From: an uncultured Acidobacteriota bacterium
GTDB lineage: Bacteria > Acidobacteriota > Thermoanaerobaculia > Multivoradales > UBA5704
Assembly (NCBI GenBank): GCA_963770895.1
Contig: CAVYRF010000002.1
Span: forward strand, 2,944,001-3,008,000
DNA: 64,000 nt
Direction: 5' to 3'
The notes beneath the pieces were generated by a model, which did no database searches, was not told the DNA's origin, and was given only the letters and a program-made list of their open reading frames with translations. Both the position numbers and the translations under genes were made by a program. Shown here in pieces: positions 50,761 to 60,251 of this stretch; position 1 is the first letter of the stretch; every line of letters begins with the position of its first letter.

Positions 50761-51990
50761 TCACCGCGGCGGCGCGCCGGCGGCGGGCTTGGCCCCGCTC
50801 GCCGCCGGTGTTGTCGCGGTGGTGGCCGCCGCGGGCGCCGTTGCGGGCGGTGCCGAGGCGCTGGCCGCGGCGCGGTCGGCCAGCGCTTCGAGCGCCGCGG
50901 CCAGCGCCTGGGCGTCGCCCGTCTCGACCTGGAAGTATCCGCCGCCGGCGGCGTCCGCCAGCAGGTGGATGTCGGAGCGGCGGCTGCCGACGTAGAGGAT
51001 GTCGCGGCGCGAGGCCAGGCAGCCGTAGATCTTCGACGGCAGCACGTAGCCGACGAAGGGGTTGCGCAGGGTGATCAGGTGCGCATCGGGCGTGACCAGC
51101 AGGCGCGCCAGCAGCGCCAGCGGCAGCGGCCGGCCGCGCACCAGCGGCAGGCCCTCGTCGCGCAGGGCCTTTTCCACCAGGTCGGCGCGCGCCCCGGTGG
51201 CGTTCAGCCACAGCCCGACCCGGCCGGAGCCCTGGCGGTGGTGCAGCCGGTAGCCGGCCACGAAGGTCTGGTGATCGTGGGCGACGCCGAAGTTGCCCGA
51301 GTAGAGCAGCACGCAACGCCCTGCCAGCTCGGCCGGGCGTTCCAGCGGCGCGGTGCCCGGCGGGATCTCGACCGGCGAGGGGTCGCGCTTGAGGACGATG
51401 CGGTCGCCTGCGATGCCCTGTGCCAGCAGTCGCTGGCGCTGGTCCTGCCCCAGCACCTCGAAGCGGTCCACCAGCCGCCGCCGCAGCGCCACGGTCAGCC
51501 GATGGAAGGCGATGAGCAGCGCGCCCCCAGGCCGCCACCGCACCTGGCCGGCGTCGTCGAGCAGCCCGCGCTCCGCCATCAGGCATTCAGGGTGAAAGTC
51601 GGTGATGCGGTAGACCAGGGTCTTGCGCAGCAGCGCCGCCAGCGGCGCCGCCAGGTGGAGCAGGAACGGCGGGCTGCCGGTGATCAGGATCTCGTCGGCT
51701 CGCCGCACCGCTCCGCGCACCCCCCACAGCAGGCCCAGGTTGGTGCGGGCGGTCCACCAGGCGCGCGCCCCCAGGCGGGACCGGTCGTAGAGCGGCGCGC
51801 GCCGCCGCACCACCCGCAGCCGCCCGGCCCCCACCAGCTCGTCGGTGGTGCCCGGTTGTCCCGACGTCAGACCGGCCAGCACGACGTCCTGGCCGGCCGC
51901 GGCGCGCTCGCCGGCGAACAGCAGGCTGTACTGGCCCACGGCGCCGAAGTCCGGGGGCAGCCAGTCGCAGAAGTAGACCAGACGGTGCAT
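50761..51990 (-). CDS. GT-B glycosyltransferase (GT4/WcaI-like)
   Basis: PPDFGAVGQY, TGSPPF, ITDFHPE, YSGNFG.AH, PSKIY. Confidence 0.85.
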   Translation of the reverse strand: MHRLVYFCDWLPPDFGAVGQYSLLFAGERAAAGQDVVLAGLTSGQPGTTDELVGAGRLRVVRRRAPLYDRSRLGARAWWTARTNLGLLWGVRGAVRRADEILITGSPPFLLHLAAPLAALLRKTLVYRITDFHPECLMAERGLLDDAGQVRWRPGGALLIAFHRLTVALRRRLVDRFEVLGQDQRQRLLAQGIAGDRIVLKRDPSPVEIPPGTAPLERPAELAGRCVLLYSGNFGVAHDHQTFVAGYRLHHRQGSGRVGLWLNATGARADLVEKALRDEGLPLVRGRPLPLALLARLLVTPDAHLITLRNPFVGYVLPSKIYGCLASRRDILYVGSRRSDIHLLADAAGGGYFQVETGDAQALAAALEALADRAAASASAPPATAPAAATTATTPAASGAKPAAGAPPR

Positions 51991-52004
51991 CGCCACGCGC
52001 CGCC

Positions 52005-53276
52005 TCAACCCGTCCGCGCGGCAGGGATGGCCGGCGGCGGGGCCGCCGGGGGGATCGGCGTGCTGTCGTCGCCGGCTCCGGTTCCGGCGCCGGCGTCGGC
52101 CGGCTGGGTCGGCACGACGGTGAAGCGCCGGTCCTTGAGCCGCAGGAAGGGCCGTTCGAAATACCGGTACGACAGGAACGCCAGCAGGAACGTCAGGCCG
52201 AACACCACGCCGTAGTAGCCGGCGCAGTAGAGCGCCAGCGGGCGGCCGCGCCACCACGTGGTGTGCTTGAACAGCTGCGAGGCGGCGTACACGGCGGGCA
52301 TGTGCAGCATGTAGATGCCGTAGGAGATCGTCCCCAGGTGGTCCAGGCCGCGGTTGGCGAGCGGCGCCGCCAGGCTGCGCGGATTGGCGGCCACCTCCAG
52401 GATCAGCCAGCAGTACAGGACCACCTGCGCCGCCTCGTAGCCCAGCCAGTTCCAGGGCACGAAGCTGGTCAGGTAGAGGTCGAGCAGCAGGGCGGCCATC
52501 AGCAGCTGCGCCGCCCGGTTGGCGAAGACCGGCAGCCGCATCAGTGCGGCGGGACGCCGGTGCAGCCACCAGGCGCACAGGCCGCCGGCCGCCATGTAGT
52601 GGAACTTGAGCTGTTCGAAAAAGCGCTTGCTCCAGTGCGTCCCCAGGAGGTCGTAGTGGACCAGGCAGAAGCTGGCCAGCGAGACGGCGAAGACCCCGCA
52701 GCAGATGGCGGGCAGCCGCCGGTGCCAGCGTTGCACCACCGGCGCCCACAGCAGGTAAAACTGCTCTTCGACGCCGATCGACCAGCTGGGATTGAGGATG
52801 CCGCCGACCGTGTACAGGCTGTTCATCAGGTTGGGCAGCAGCGCGCCATAGAGGGCCAGGGCGAGCGGCAGGCTGTAGTCGACGCGATAGCGGATGCCCA
52901 GGTGCGGCAGCAGGCCGCTGTAGAAGAAAAGGCCGAAGCCGACGACGGCAAAATAGAGCGGCCAGATGCGGCAGACCCGCCGCAGGTAAAAGCTGCCGAC
53001 CCGGATGGTGCCGCCGGCGCGCAGCTCGTCGAGCAGCAGGTAGGTGATCAGGAAGCCGGACAGCGCGAAGAAAAAGCAGACCGCGAAAGAGCCGCGGTAA
53101 AAGAACGTGCCGCTGTTGGGGTGCGGCAGCCCGACGCTCTCCTGGTTGAGCGGCACGTGGTCCAGGACGACGAAGAACGCCGCCAGGAACCGCAGGCTGT
53201 TCAGGCCCCGGAAGTGGACTTTGTGCGGCGCGGCCGGCTGCTCAGCGCTCGGTGAGCATCTCGGCGAGGTAGCCAC
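52005..53276 (-). CDS. Acyltransferase-3 (OafA-like O-acetyltransferase); start approximate
   Basis: GLNSLRF, FFALSGFLI, RRVCRIWP, WSIGVEEQFY, ISYGIYMLH, ERP. Confidence 0.92.
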   Translation of the reverse strand: MATSPRCSPSAEQPAAPHKVHFRGLNSLRFLAAFFVVLDHVPLNQESVGLPHPNSGTFFYRGSFAVCFFFALSGFLITYLLLDELRAGGTIRVGSFYLRRVCRIWPLYFAVVGFGLFFYSGLLPHLGIRYRVDYSLPLALALYGALLPNLMNSLYTVGGILNPSWSIGVEEQFYLLWAPVVQRWHRRLPAICCGVFAVSLASFCLVHYDLLGTHWSKRFFEQLKFHYMAAGGLCAWWLHRRPAALMRLPVFANRAAQLLMAALLLDLYLTSFVPWNWLGYEAAQVVLYCWLILEVAANPRSLAAPLANRGLDHLGTISYGIYMLHMPAVYAASQLFKHTTWWRGRPLALYCAGYYGVVFGLTFLLAFLSYRYFERPFLRLKDRRFTVVPTQPADAGAGTGAGDDSTPIPPAAPPPAIPAARTG

Positions 53277-54261
53277 CGACCTTTTGCCGCTCGTGGTGCG
53301 CAAAATACCAGTCGATCGTCCGGTGCAGGCCGTCCATGAACTTGACCTGCGGCTGCCAGCCGAGCAGCTGCGCCGCCAGGCGGTTGCTGGCCACCCGATT
53401 GAGCGGCCCGGTCGGCATGTGGGGCAGCAGGCGAATCTCAGCCTGGTGGCCGGTGTAGCGCAGCACTTCCCGCACCGCTTCGATCACCCGCGTGCGCTCC
53501 TCGGTGCCGAGGTTGACCGCCGTGGCGTCGTCGATCTTTTCGGCGGCCAGGATCATGCCGCTCACGATGTCGCCGACGTAGGTCCAGTTGCGGATCTGGG
53601 TGCCGTCGCCCCATACCTCGAAGGGGTCCTGGCGCACGAAGGCGCGGGCGATCATGGCGATGACGGCGTGGTTTTCCACCCCGCGCTCGCCGTAGACGGT
53701 GAAGAAGCGGCACGACGCCGAGCGGAAGCCGAAGTCGCGGTGGTAGGCCGCCAGCGTCATTTCGGTCATCAGCTTGGCCCAGCCGTACATGTTGTCGGCT
53801 TCGTAGGGCGGGCCGGCCATCTCTTCTTTCAGGTACAGCTCCTGCGCCACGTCGGCCTGCAGGTAGTTGGGGTAGATGCAGCCCGACGAGGCGAAGACGA
53901 ACTTTTCCACCCCCGCGTCGTACGCCGCCTTGATCAGCATGCCGTCGAGCGCCAGGTTTTGCGCGCAGGCCGCCTGGTGCAGGTCGACGAAGCCGCGGCC
54001 GCCGTGGATCGCCGCCAGGTGGAAGACCACCTGCATGCCGGCGACCGCCTGCTGGGCGACCCCCGGCTGCAGCAGGTCCGCCTGCATCATCTCGACGTGC
54101 CCGGCGTCGATGTGCTGCCGGATATTGTCCAGGCGCCCGCTCGACAGGTCGTCCACCACCCGAATGCGCCGCGCGCCTTTTGCCAGCAGATGATCGATCA
54201 GGTGCGAGCTGATGAACGAGGCGCCCCCCGTCACCAGGATCGTCTTTGTGCTCCAATCCAT
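53242..54261 (-). CDS. NAD-dependent nucleotide-sugar epimerase/dehydratase
   Basis: VTGGASFISSH, ASSGCIY, YGWAK, WGDGTQIR. Confidence 0.92.
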   Translation of the reverse strand: MDWSTKTILVTGGASFISSHLIDHLLAKGARRIRVVDDLSSGRLDNIRQHIDAGHVEMMQADLLQPGVAQQAVAGMQVVFHLAAIHGGRGFVDLHQAACAQNLALDGMLIKAAYDAGVEKFVFASSGCIYPNYLQADVAQELYLKEEMAGPPYEADNMYGWAKLMTEMTLAAYHRDFGFRSASCRFFTVYGERGVENHAVIAMIARAFVRQDPFEVWGDGTQIRNWTYVGDIVSGMILAAEKIDDATAVNLGTEERTRVIEAVREVLRYTGHQAEIRLLPHMPTGPLNRVASNRLAAQLLGWQPQVKFMDGLHRTIDWYFAHHERQKVGGYLAEMLTER

Positions 54262-54345
54262 CCCCAGGACTCTCCCCGACAGTGTCGCTCCGCAGCCCGT
54301 CCGGTAGCGGTCCGGCGAGCTTAACACGCGGGTAGAATCGCCGGC

Positions 54346-55272
54346 GTGTCCCCCGAGCCCGGCGCGTCGCAGGCCCCGCTGACCGTCAGTACGCTGCTCG
54401 GCCACGCCCAGGTCGACATGGGGCTGCTCTGCCTCGGGAGCCTGCTGGCCTGCTCCCGCCGCCGGATCGCCCTGCGCATTCACGACGACGGGTCGCTCGA
54501 CGCGGCGGACCTGGACCGCCTGGCGGCCGGCCTGGGGAGCCCCGCGGTGGTGCCTCGGCGCCAGGCGGACCAGCGGGCGGAGCAGGCGCTGGCGGCGCGG
54601 CCGGCGACGCGCGCCTTCCGCGCCGCCAATGCGCTGGCCTTGAAGCTGATCGACGCGCCGCTGTGGGCGGACGGCGAGGAGCTGCGGTACTGCGACGCCG
54701 ACGTGCTGTTCCTGCGCCCCTTCGCGCGCCTGTTCGAGCTGCCGCCGGCGGCCGGCGCTCTGTTCATGCGCGATCCGCAGAACGCCTATTCGGTGCGCTC
54801 CTGGCATCTGCTGCGCGAACCCCGGCTGCGCCTGGCCGCGCACGTCAACTCGGGGCTCATCGTCTGCGGCGTTCGCCACCTGGACCTGGACCTGCTGGAG
54901 TGGTACCTGGCGCGCCCCGAGTACCGCTTTGCCCCGGTCTGGATCGAGCAGACCTGCTGGGCCCTGCTCGGCCAGGCGGCCGGTTGCCACCTGCTCGACC
55001 CGCGCGCGATCGCCATCCCCACCGCCGACCGCCAGCCCTGCCGCCGGCACGTGGCGCTCCACTTCGTAAGCCCGGTGCGGGGTCTGTTGCCGGCCTACGC
55101 GCGGCGCCTGGCCGCGGCGCAGGCGGCCGGCGCTGCCGCCGCGGGCGGCACAACGCCCGCCGTCGAGGCCGCCGCTGCCGTCGACGTCGGCACGCGGCCG
55201 GCGCGCCGCCTCACCGCCCGGGCGCTGGCCGCCAGCGAGCTGGTCCGCCGGCTGCGCCGCCTGGGGCGCTGA
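54346..55272 (+). CDS. Putative GT-A glycosyltransferase
   Basis: IHDDGS, YCDADVLF (DxD), NSG, EQT, LHF. Confidence 0.65.
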   Translation: MSPEPGASQAPLTVSTLLGHAQVDMGLLCLGSLLACSRRRIALRIHDDGSLDAADLDRLAAGLGSPAVVPRRQADQRAEQALAARPATRAFRAANALALKLIDAPLWADGEELRYCDADVLFLRPFARLFELPPAAGALFMRDPQNAYSVRSWHLLREPRLRLAAHVNSGLIVCGVRHLDLDLLEWYLARPEYRFAPVWIEQTCWALLGQAAGCHLLDPRAIAIPTADRQPCRRHVALHFVSPVRGLLPAYARRLAAAQAAGAAAAGGTTPAVEAAAAVDVGTRPARRLTARALAASELVRRLRRLGR

Positions 55273-55410
55273 GGTCGGCGGCCCGCGCCGGCGCTGATGC
55301 CGGGTGCCTGGGGCTTGAGACGCTGGCGCCGGCGCCGCCTTGCAGCGCCGCCCAGGGTGTCGAGCGTCCAGCGGATCGCGAGATGTCGAGCGTTTGGCGG
55401 AGCGCCGGCG

Positions 55411-55938
55411 TCAGCCGCGGGCGGCGTCGTGCTGCAGGCGGGCGATGGTGCGGGAGGCTTCTTTGCGCACCGAGTCGGTGTGGCGGCCGATGCGGTTGCC
55501 GATCTCGCGGTAGTTGAGACCGAGCCAGCGCAGGGCCAGGACGCGGTTCTGGTGCACCGACAGGTCCTGGGCGAGGCTTGCCAGGTCCAGGCGACCTGCC
55601 AAATCGGCTTCGCGCGCCGGCGTCGAACCCGCCAGGGCGGTCAGCACCCCCGGATCGACCTGTGCCACATGGCGCTGCTGGTAACGGCCCGCGATATAGG
55701 TGGCGCACCTGCGGCGGACGATGCCGAGAAAATAGAGTTCGGGGCAGCGGATGTCGTGCCACTTGAGCAGCAGGGCCAGGAAAGCATCCTGTAGCAGGTC
55801 CTCCGCATCCTCTGGCGGCACTCCATACGACCGCAGGACGCCGCTCACCCGCCGGCCCGCCTGCGCCACGAACACTTCGAACTCCGCGGCTGGGAAGGAG
55901 GGGGGTGCCGGCGTTGCCTCGTTTGGCAGTGCTGTCAC
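55411..55938 (-). CDS. ECF-type sigma-70 factor
   Basis: Region 2 DAEDLLQDAFL, region 4 LS..Q..VLALR..GLNYREIG.RIG....SV. Confidence 0.82.
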   Translation of the reverse strand: MTALPNEATPAPPSFPAAEFEVFVAQAGRRVSGVLRSYGVPPEDAEDLLQDAFLALLLKWHDIRCPELYFLGIVRRRCATYIAGRYQQRHVAQVDPGVLTALAGSTPAREADLAGRLDLASLAQDLSVHQNRVLALRWLGLNYREIGNRIGRHTDSVRKEASRTIARLQHDAARG

Positions 55939-56094
55939 TAACGGTGGTCTCGTACCGGCTGCAAGATTACCTGAATCGATAATAACTTACCCGATTCGTC
56001 TCCCGAATGTCGACAGCCTTAACTTCCTCTGTTGGGGGCTCCGTGTCGCGGGCCTCGATGGCCAGCGCCTTCCTGCTCCCAGAAAGAGGCTTGT

Positions 56095-56385
56095 ATGACC
56101 GTTCGCCGCCTTGTCGTCGTAATCCTCCTCGCTTTGCTGGCCGTCGTTCCCGCCCAGGCCAAGGGTCAGGGCGCCGCGCCCCATGCCGCTTGGCCGTTGT
56201 GGACCGAGCTGCTCGATCGCGGCAGAGCGTTTTTCGCCCTGCTCGGCAACCCCGTCGATGGCGTCCGCCGCGAGGTGACGCGGCCGGCGCCGGCGGCAAC
56301 GACCACCGCCGCCGGATCTTCCGGCGGCGGCTCGGGCGCACAGGGCGACAGCTCAGGCGCCATGGACCCGGACGGCGCACTGTAG
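56095..56385 (+). CDS. Small secreted peptide precursor ending GDSSGAMDPDGAL
   Basis: AGAAAGAGG RBS, signal peptide ending AQA, amphipathic Trp-rich helix, Gly/Ser/Thr linker, DPDG tail. Confidence 0.75.
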   Translation: MTVRRLVVVILLALLAVVPAQAKGQGAAPHAAWPLWTELLDRGRAFFALLGNPVDGVRREVTRPAPAATTTAAGSSGGGSGAQGDSSGAMDPDGAL

Positions 56386-56409
56386 GTCTGCTGGTTGCAA
56401 TACCGCGGA

Positions 56410-56429
56410 GCGCCGGCGTAAGCCGGCGC
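56410..56429 (+). terminator. GC hairpin after the peptide gene (terminator or stabiliser)
   Basis: GCGCCGGC-GTAA-GCCGGCGC. No strong U tract. Confidence 0.45.
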
Positions 56430-56692
56430 GCTGCCTTGAACCTGGAGTTGCGTTTTGCGCGTCTCCGGCGTCGGCGAGATCCACCGCGGAGCCAGCGCGT
56501 TTCCAATCCCTTCTCGATGGCGGCGGAGGTCGCGGCATCGCGCGCTCGAGCTCTTGCGTACCGTGCCGGTGAGCGTTTTTTAGCCTCATTGGGCGCATTT
56601 TATTTCCTGTCCGGAAAATCGCTGAAAAGCAGACTCTTCTGGTGATGCTGTCGCGCAACGGCGCGATGCTGAAACCGTGGGAGGAGTTCTGC

Positions 56693-58048
56693 ATGGTGGA
56701 TGACGGGCACTTTTCGCCGGAGCTGTTCCGTCGCTTTCTGGCCGGCGACGTCAGCCGCAAGACCGCCGCCCGGATCGTTGGGCACCTGATCCGCGGCTGC
56801 GAGGACTGCGGCGTGCTGGCGCAACGTCTGGCGGCGGAGACCGGAACCTGGCATGGCACGACCGGGGATGCGGCGCCGAGCGAAGACACCGATTACGCAG
56901 CCGCCTTTCGGCGCGCCGTGGAATTCGCCAGCCCCGAGCGCCGGCACGCCGCGCTGGAACGGCTCCGCGGCTGGGGGCAGTGGGCGTCTGTCGAGCCTTT
57001 CTCGCCGGAGCAGCGGATCTCCATCCTGCTGTCGGACGCATCGATGTACACCCGCGGGTTTCATGAGCGCCTGTTGGAAGCAGGCCGCATCTGCCAGCGC
57101 AGCGATCCGGCGAGCGCCGTGGCCGTGTTGGAGCTGGCGGTGATCGTCGCCGAGAAGATTTCTCACGTCGACAACGGTAAGGCGCGTTCCGATCTGCTTG
57201 CCGTGACTTTCGGCCATCTCGCCAACGCCAAGCGCCTGGCCAGCGATTTTGGCGGCGCCCGCGCGGCCTTCAAGGTCGCCTGGGAGCACGCAGGCGACGG
57301 GCACCGTGAAGTCTCCTGCGTCGCCCGCCTGATGACGTTCGAGGCAAGCTTGCTGGCCGATCTGGGGGACTTCGAGACCGCCGAAGCTTCACTGTCGGAG
57401 GCGCTGCTGCTCTATCGCAGCTCGCGGGATCATCATCAGGAGGGCCGCACGCTGGTGAAGATGGCGGCGGTGATCGGTCACGTCTCGCCGGAGCTGGCGC
57501 TGGATCACGTGCGCGATGCCTTGCCGCTCATCGATCGCAAGCTGGAGCCGCGTCTGGAGCTGTGCGCCAAACACAACTTTGCGTGGTTCCTGGCTTCGGC
57601 CGGCAAGGCGGAGGAGGCGCTGACGGTGCTCGACGACACGCGGCCCCTGTACCGCCAGTTTCCCGATCCCTGGACGCAGCTGCGGCTGCACTGGCTGGAA
57701 GGGCGCATCGCCCGCGCGCTCGGCCGGCTGGGCGACGCGGTGCCGATCTTTCAGCGCCTGCAGGAGGCGCTGCAGGTTCGCCAGGCACACCACGAAACGG
57801 TCCTGGTTTCGCTCGACCTTGCCGAGGCCCTGGTCGCCCGCGGCGCCTTCGAGGTGGCGGTGCGCGTGGTGCGGGAAGTGCACCCGGTCATGGCCGGTTG
57901 GCGACTCCACCGCCACCTGCTCGCCGCCTGGCTCCTGCTCCAACAAGCCCTGGAGCAGCGCCAGCTCGATGCCCTGTTCAACAACCTGCAGCTGTACTTC
58001 CGCCGCCACTGGCACCAGCCCGCCGAGTTCACCCACGGCGCCTCCTGA
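56693..58048 (+). CDS. Zinc-anti-sigma-like N-terminus + TPR domain protein
   Basis: GGGAGGAG RBS, H...HLIRGCEDC zinc motif, then TPR-like helical repeats. No signal peptide or TM segment. Confidence 0.8.
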   Translation: MVDDGHFSPELFRRFLAGDVSRKTAARIVGHLIRGCEDCGVLAQRLAAETGTWHGTTGDAAPSEDTDYAAAFRRAVEFASPERRHAALERLRGWGQWASVEPFSPEQRISILLSDASMYTRGFHERLLEAGRICQRSDPASAVAVLELAVIVAEKISHVDNGKARSDLLAVTFGHLANAKRLASDFGGARAAFKVAWEHAGDGHREVSCVARLMTFEASLLADLGDFETAEASLSEALLLYRSSRDHHQEGRTLVKMAAVIGHVSPELALDHVRDALPLIDRKLEPRLELCAKHNFAWFLASAGKAEEALTVLDDTRPLYRQFPDPWTQLRLHWLEGRIARALGRLGDAVPIFQRLQEALQVRQAHHETVLVSLDLAEALVARGAFEVAVRVVREVHPVMAGWRLHRHLLAAWLLLQQALEQRQLDALFNNLQLYFRRHWHQPAEFTHGAS

Positions 58049-58170
58049 TGCTGCCGCCGGCGGTGCCGGCGGGGGGCCGCCGAGGCGAGCAGCGCGGCTG
58101 GCCGCGCGGCCCCCTTCTGGTCTTTTTCACCGTCCCTGCCGAGCCCGAGGCGGTGTTCGTTTCCTGAGCC

Positions 58171-58228
58171 GCAACCATGCGGTTGCGTTTCTGGGGGCCG
58201 CGAGGTAGAGTGGCAACCGGGAGGTTGC
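58171..58228 (+). promoter_or_regulatory. Promoter with two ArsR-type operators
   Basis: GCAACC-N4-GGTTGC at 58171-58186 and 58213-58228, TTGCGT-17-TAGAGT promoter. Confidence 0.75.
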
Positions 58229-58230
58229 TT

Positions 58231-58698
58231 ATGATCGAGTCGACTTCGACGGATGTGATCGAGAGAGAGATCGTGGTGCGGGCGCCGCGGGCGCGGGTGT
58301 GGCGGGCGCTCACGGACGCGGGGGAGTTTGGCAAGTGGTTTCGGGCGGAGATGCGCGAGCCGTTCGTGCCCGGCCAGCGGTCGCAGGGGCGGGTGACGAT
58401 TCCGGGGTGGGACCACCTGACGTTCGAGGTGGTGATCGAACGGATGGAGCCGGAGCGGCTGTTTTCGTGGCGGTGGCATCCCTATCCCTGCGATCCGCAG
58501 CGGGACTACTCGGTGGAGCCGATGACGCTGGTGGTGTTCGAGCTGGATGAGACCGCGGCGGGGACCCGCATCAAGGTGCGCGAATCCGGCTTCGATCAGA
58601 TCCCGGCGGATCGGCGCGACGAGGCGTTCCGCATGAACACGTCAGGCTGGAAGGGGCAGATGGAGAACATCGAACGCTATGTGGACGCCGCCGGTTAG
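58231..58698 (+). CDS. SRPBCC/AHSA1 domain protein
   Basis: IEREIVVRAPRARVWRALTD, FSWRWHP, ESGF, GW. Confidence 0.9.
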   Translation: MIESTSTDVIEREIVVRAPRARVWRALTDAGEFGKWFRAEMREPFVPGQRSQGRVTIPGWDHLTFEVVIERMEPERLFSWRWHPYPCDPQRDYSVEPMTLVVFELDETAAGTRIKVRESGFDQIPADRRDEAFRMNTSGWKGQMENIERYVDAAG

Positions 58699-59038
58699 CC
58701 GCGCCGAGATCGCGGCCCTGCAGCAGGCGGCGCCGGTGTTCGCGGCGCTGGGGGACCAGACGCGGTTGCGCCTGGTGGCGCGGCTGAGCGGCGAAGGGCC
58801 GCTTTCCATTTCGCGGCTGAGCGACAGCGCCGGCGTCACCCGCCAGGCGGTCGCCAAGCACCTGCGCGTGCTGGCCGACGCCGGCCTGGCGCGCGGGCAA
58901 CGCCGCGGCCGTGAGCAGCTGTGGCAGCTGCAGGCCGCGCCGCTCGACGAGGCGCGCCGCTCGCTCGAACGGATCTCGCTACGCTGGGACCAGGCGCTGG
59001 CGCGGCTCAAAGCCGCGCTGGAGCTGGAAGCGGAATGA
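58679..59038 (+). CDS. ArsR/SmtB family regulator
   Basis: FAALGDQTR, VTRQAVAKHLRVL.DAGL, RGRE. Confidence 0.9.
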   Translation: MWTPPVSRAEIAALQQAAPVFAALGDQTRLRLVARLSGEGPLSISRLSDSAGVTRQAVAKHLRVLADAGLARGQRRGREQLWQLQAAPLDEARRSLERISLRWDQALARLKAALELEAE

Positions 59039-59059
59039 GCCGCGCTGCCGCGCGGCGGT

Positions 59060-60211
59060 TCACCAGGGACCGGACCCGGACCCGAAGCCGGCGCTGCGCA
59101 GATCGGCCAGCCAACCGCGATAGGCGTTTTCCAGGCGGTTGACGGCGGGTGCCCAGCGCAGCGACTGGACGCGGCGGTGGCCGGCGCGGGCGATCTTTTC
59201 GCGCAGGGCGGGATTTTCGATCAGGGGTGTCACCGCGTCGTACAGGGCGGAGGTGTGGTGGCCGGCGGCGAGCATCGCCTCTTCGCCGCCCAGCAGGCTG
59301 GCGGCAAAACCGGTGCGGGTGGCGGCCAGGGCGCAGCCGCAGGCCATGGCCTCGGCGGCGGCCAGGCCGAAGCTCTCGTAGCGCGAGGGCAGCAGGGCGA
59401 TGGCAAAGCTCTGGTACAGGTTGCGCAGCGGGCCGTCGCGCTGGACGTGCGGCACGACGGTGATGCGCGGCAGCAGGTCGGCGGCAAAATGGTCGGCGGC
59501 GCGGAAGCTGTCGCCGACGCCGACCAGGGTCAGCCGCCAGGCGGGGTGCTCGCGCAGCAGCGGCGGCAGGTCGCTCGCAAGCAGCGCCGCTCCCTTGCGC
59601 GGCAGCCACGAGCCGCAATAGCCGATGACCGGCGGCCGCGCGAAGTCGACGGCCAGCCCCAGATAGCTGTCGGGCAGCGGGTTGTCGAGCGCCAGCACCC
59701 GCTCCTGCGTCGCATAGCCGCGGTCCAGGACGTAGTTGCGATCGAAGTCGCCGACGGTGACCAGGGCGTCGGCGTCGCGGAAGGCCCGCTCGGCGAGCGG
59801 CATGCGCGGGCCGCCGCGCGGCCGGCGGCGGGGCGCGGCGGCCTTGCGCGCGTCCGCCTCCGCCATGGCTTCGGCGCAGTGGGTTTCGATGCCGTTGGAG
59901 TGGGCGACCAGCAGGAAGCGGCGCCCCGGCAGCCGCGCCAGGGCGGCGATCGCGAGCCACGCTTCGGCGCCATAGAACTCCAGCACGTCGTAGTCGGCGG
60001 CGGCCAGGCGGCGCACGCTCTCGGCCAGCATGCCGAGCGCCTGGCGGTAGCGGATGGCGCGGCGCAGCGGGTACAGCGGTTCGTAGTCGGCGGGGCCGCG
60101 CACGTCCACCTGGTGACCGCGGGCGCGCAGCCCGGCGGCGTAGCCCAGGACCACGTAGCCCGACCCCAGCGACGCGTCCAGCGGCGTGTTGCTGAGGGTC
60201 AGGATGCGCAT
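59060..60211 (-). CDS. GT4 glycosyltransferase
   Basis: MRILTL, RKG, PSRYESFGLAAAEAMACG. Confidence 0.92.
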   Translation of the reverse strand: MRILTLSNTPLDASLGSGYVVLGYAAGLRARGHQVDVRGPADYEPLYPLRRAIRYRQALGMLAESVRRLAAADYDVLEFYGAEAWLAIAALARLPGRRFLLVAHSNGIETHCAEAMAEADARKAAAPRRRPRGGPRMPLAERAFRDADALVTVGDFDRNYVLDRGYATQERVLALDNPLPDSYLGLAVDFARPPVIGYCGSWLPRKGAALLASDLPPLLREHPAWRLTLVGVGDSFRAADHFAADLLPRITVVPHVQRDGPLRNLYQSFAIALLPSRYESFGLAAAEAMACGCALAATRTGFAASLLGGEEAMLAAGHHTSALYDAVTPLIENPALREKIARAGHRRVQSLRWAPAVNRLENAYRGWLADLRSAGFGSGSGPW

Positions 60212-60251
60212 GGCGGCTTGGGTGGGGCGACCGCGGCGGGGGCGGCGGAGC

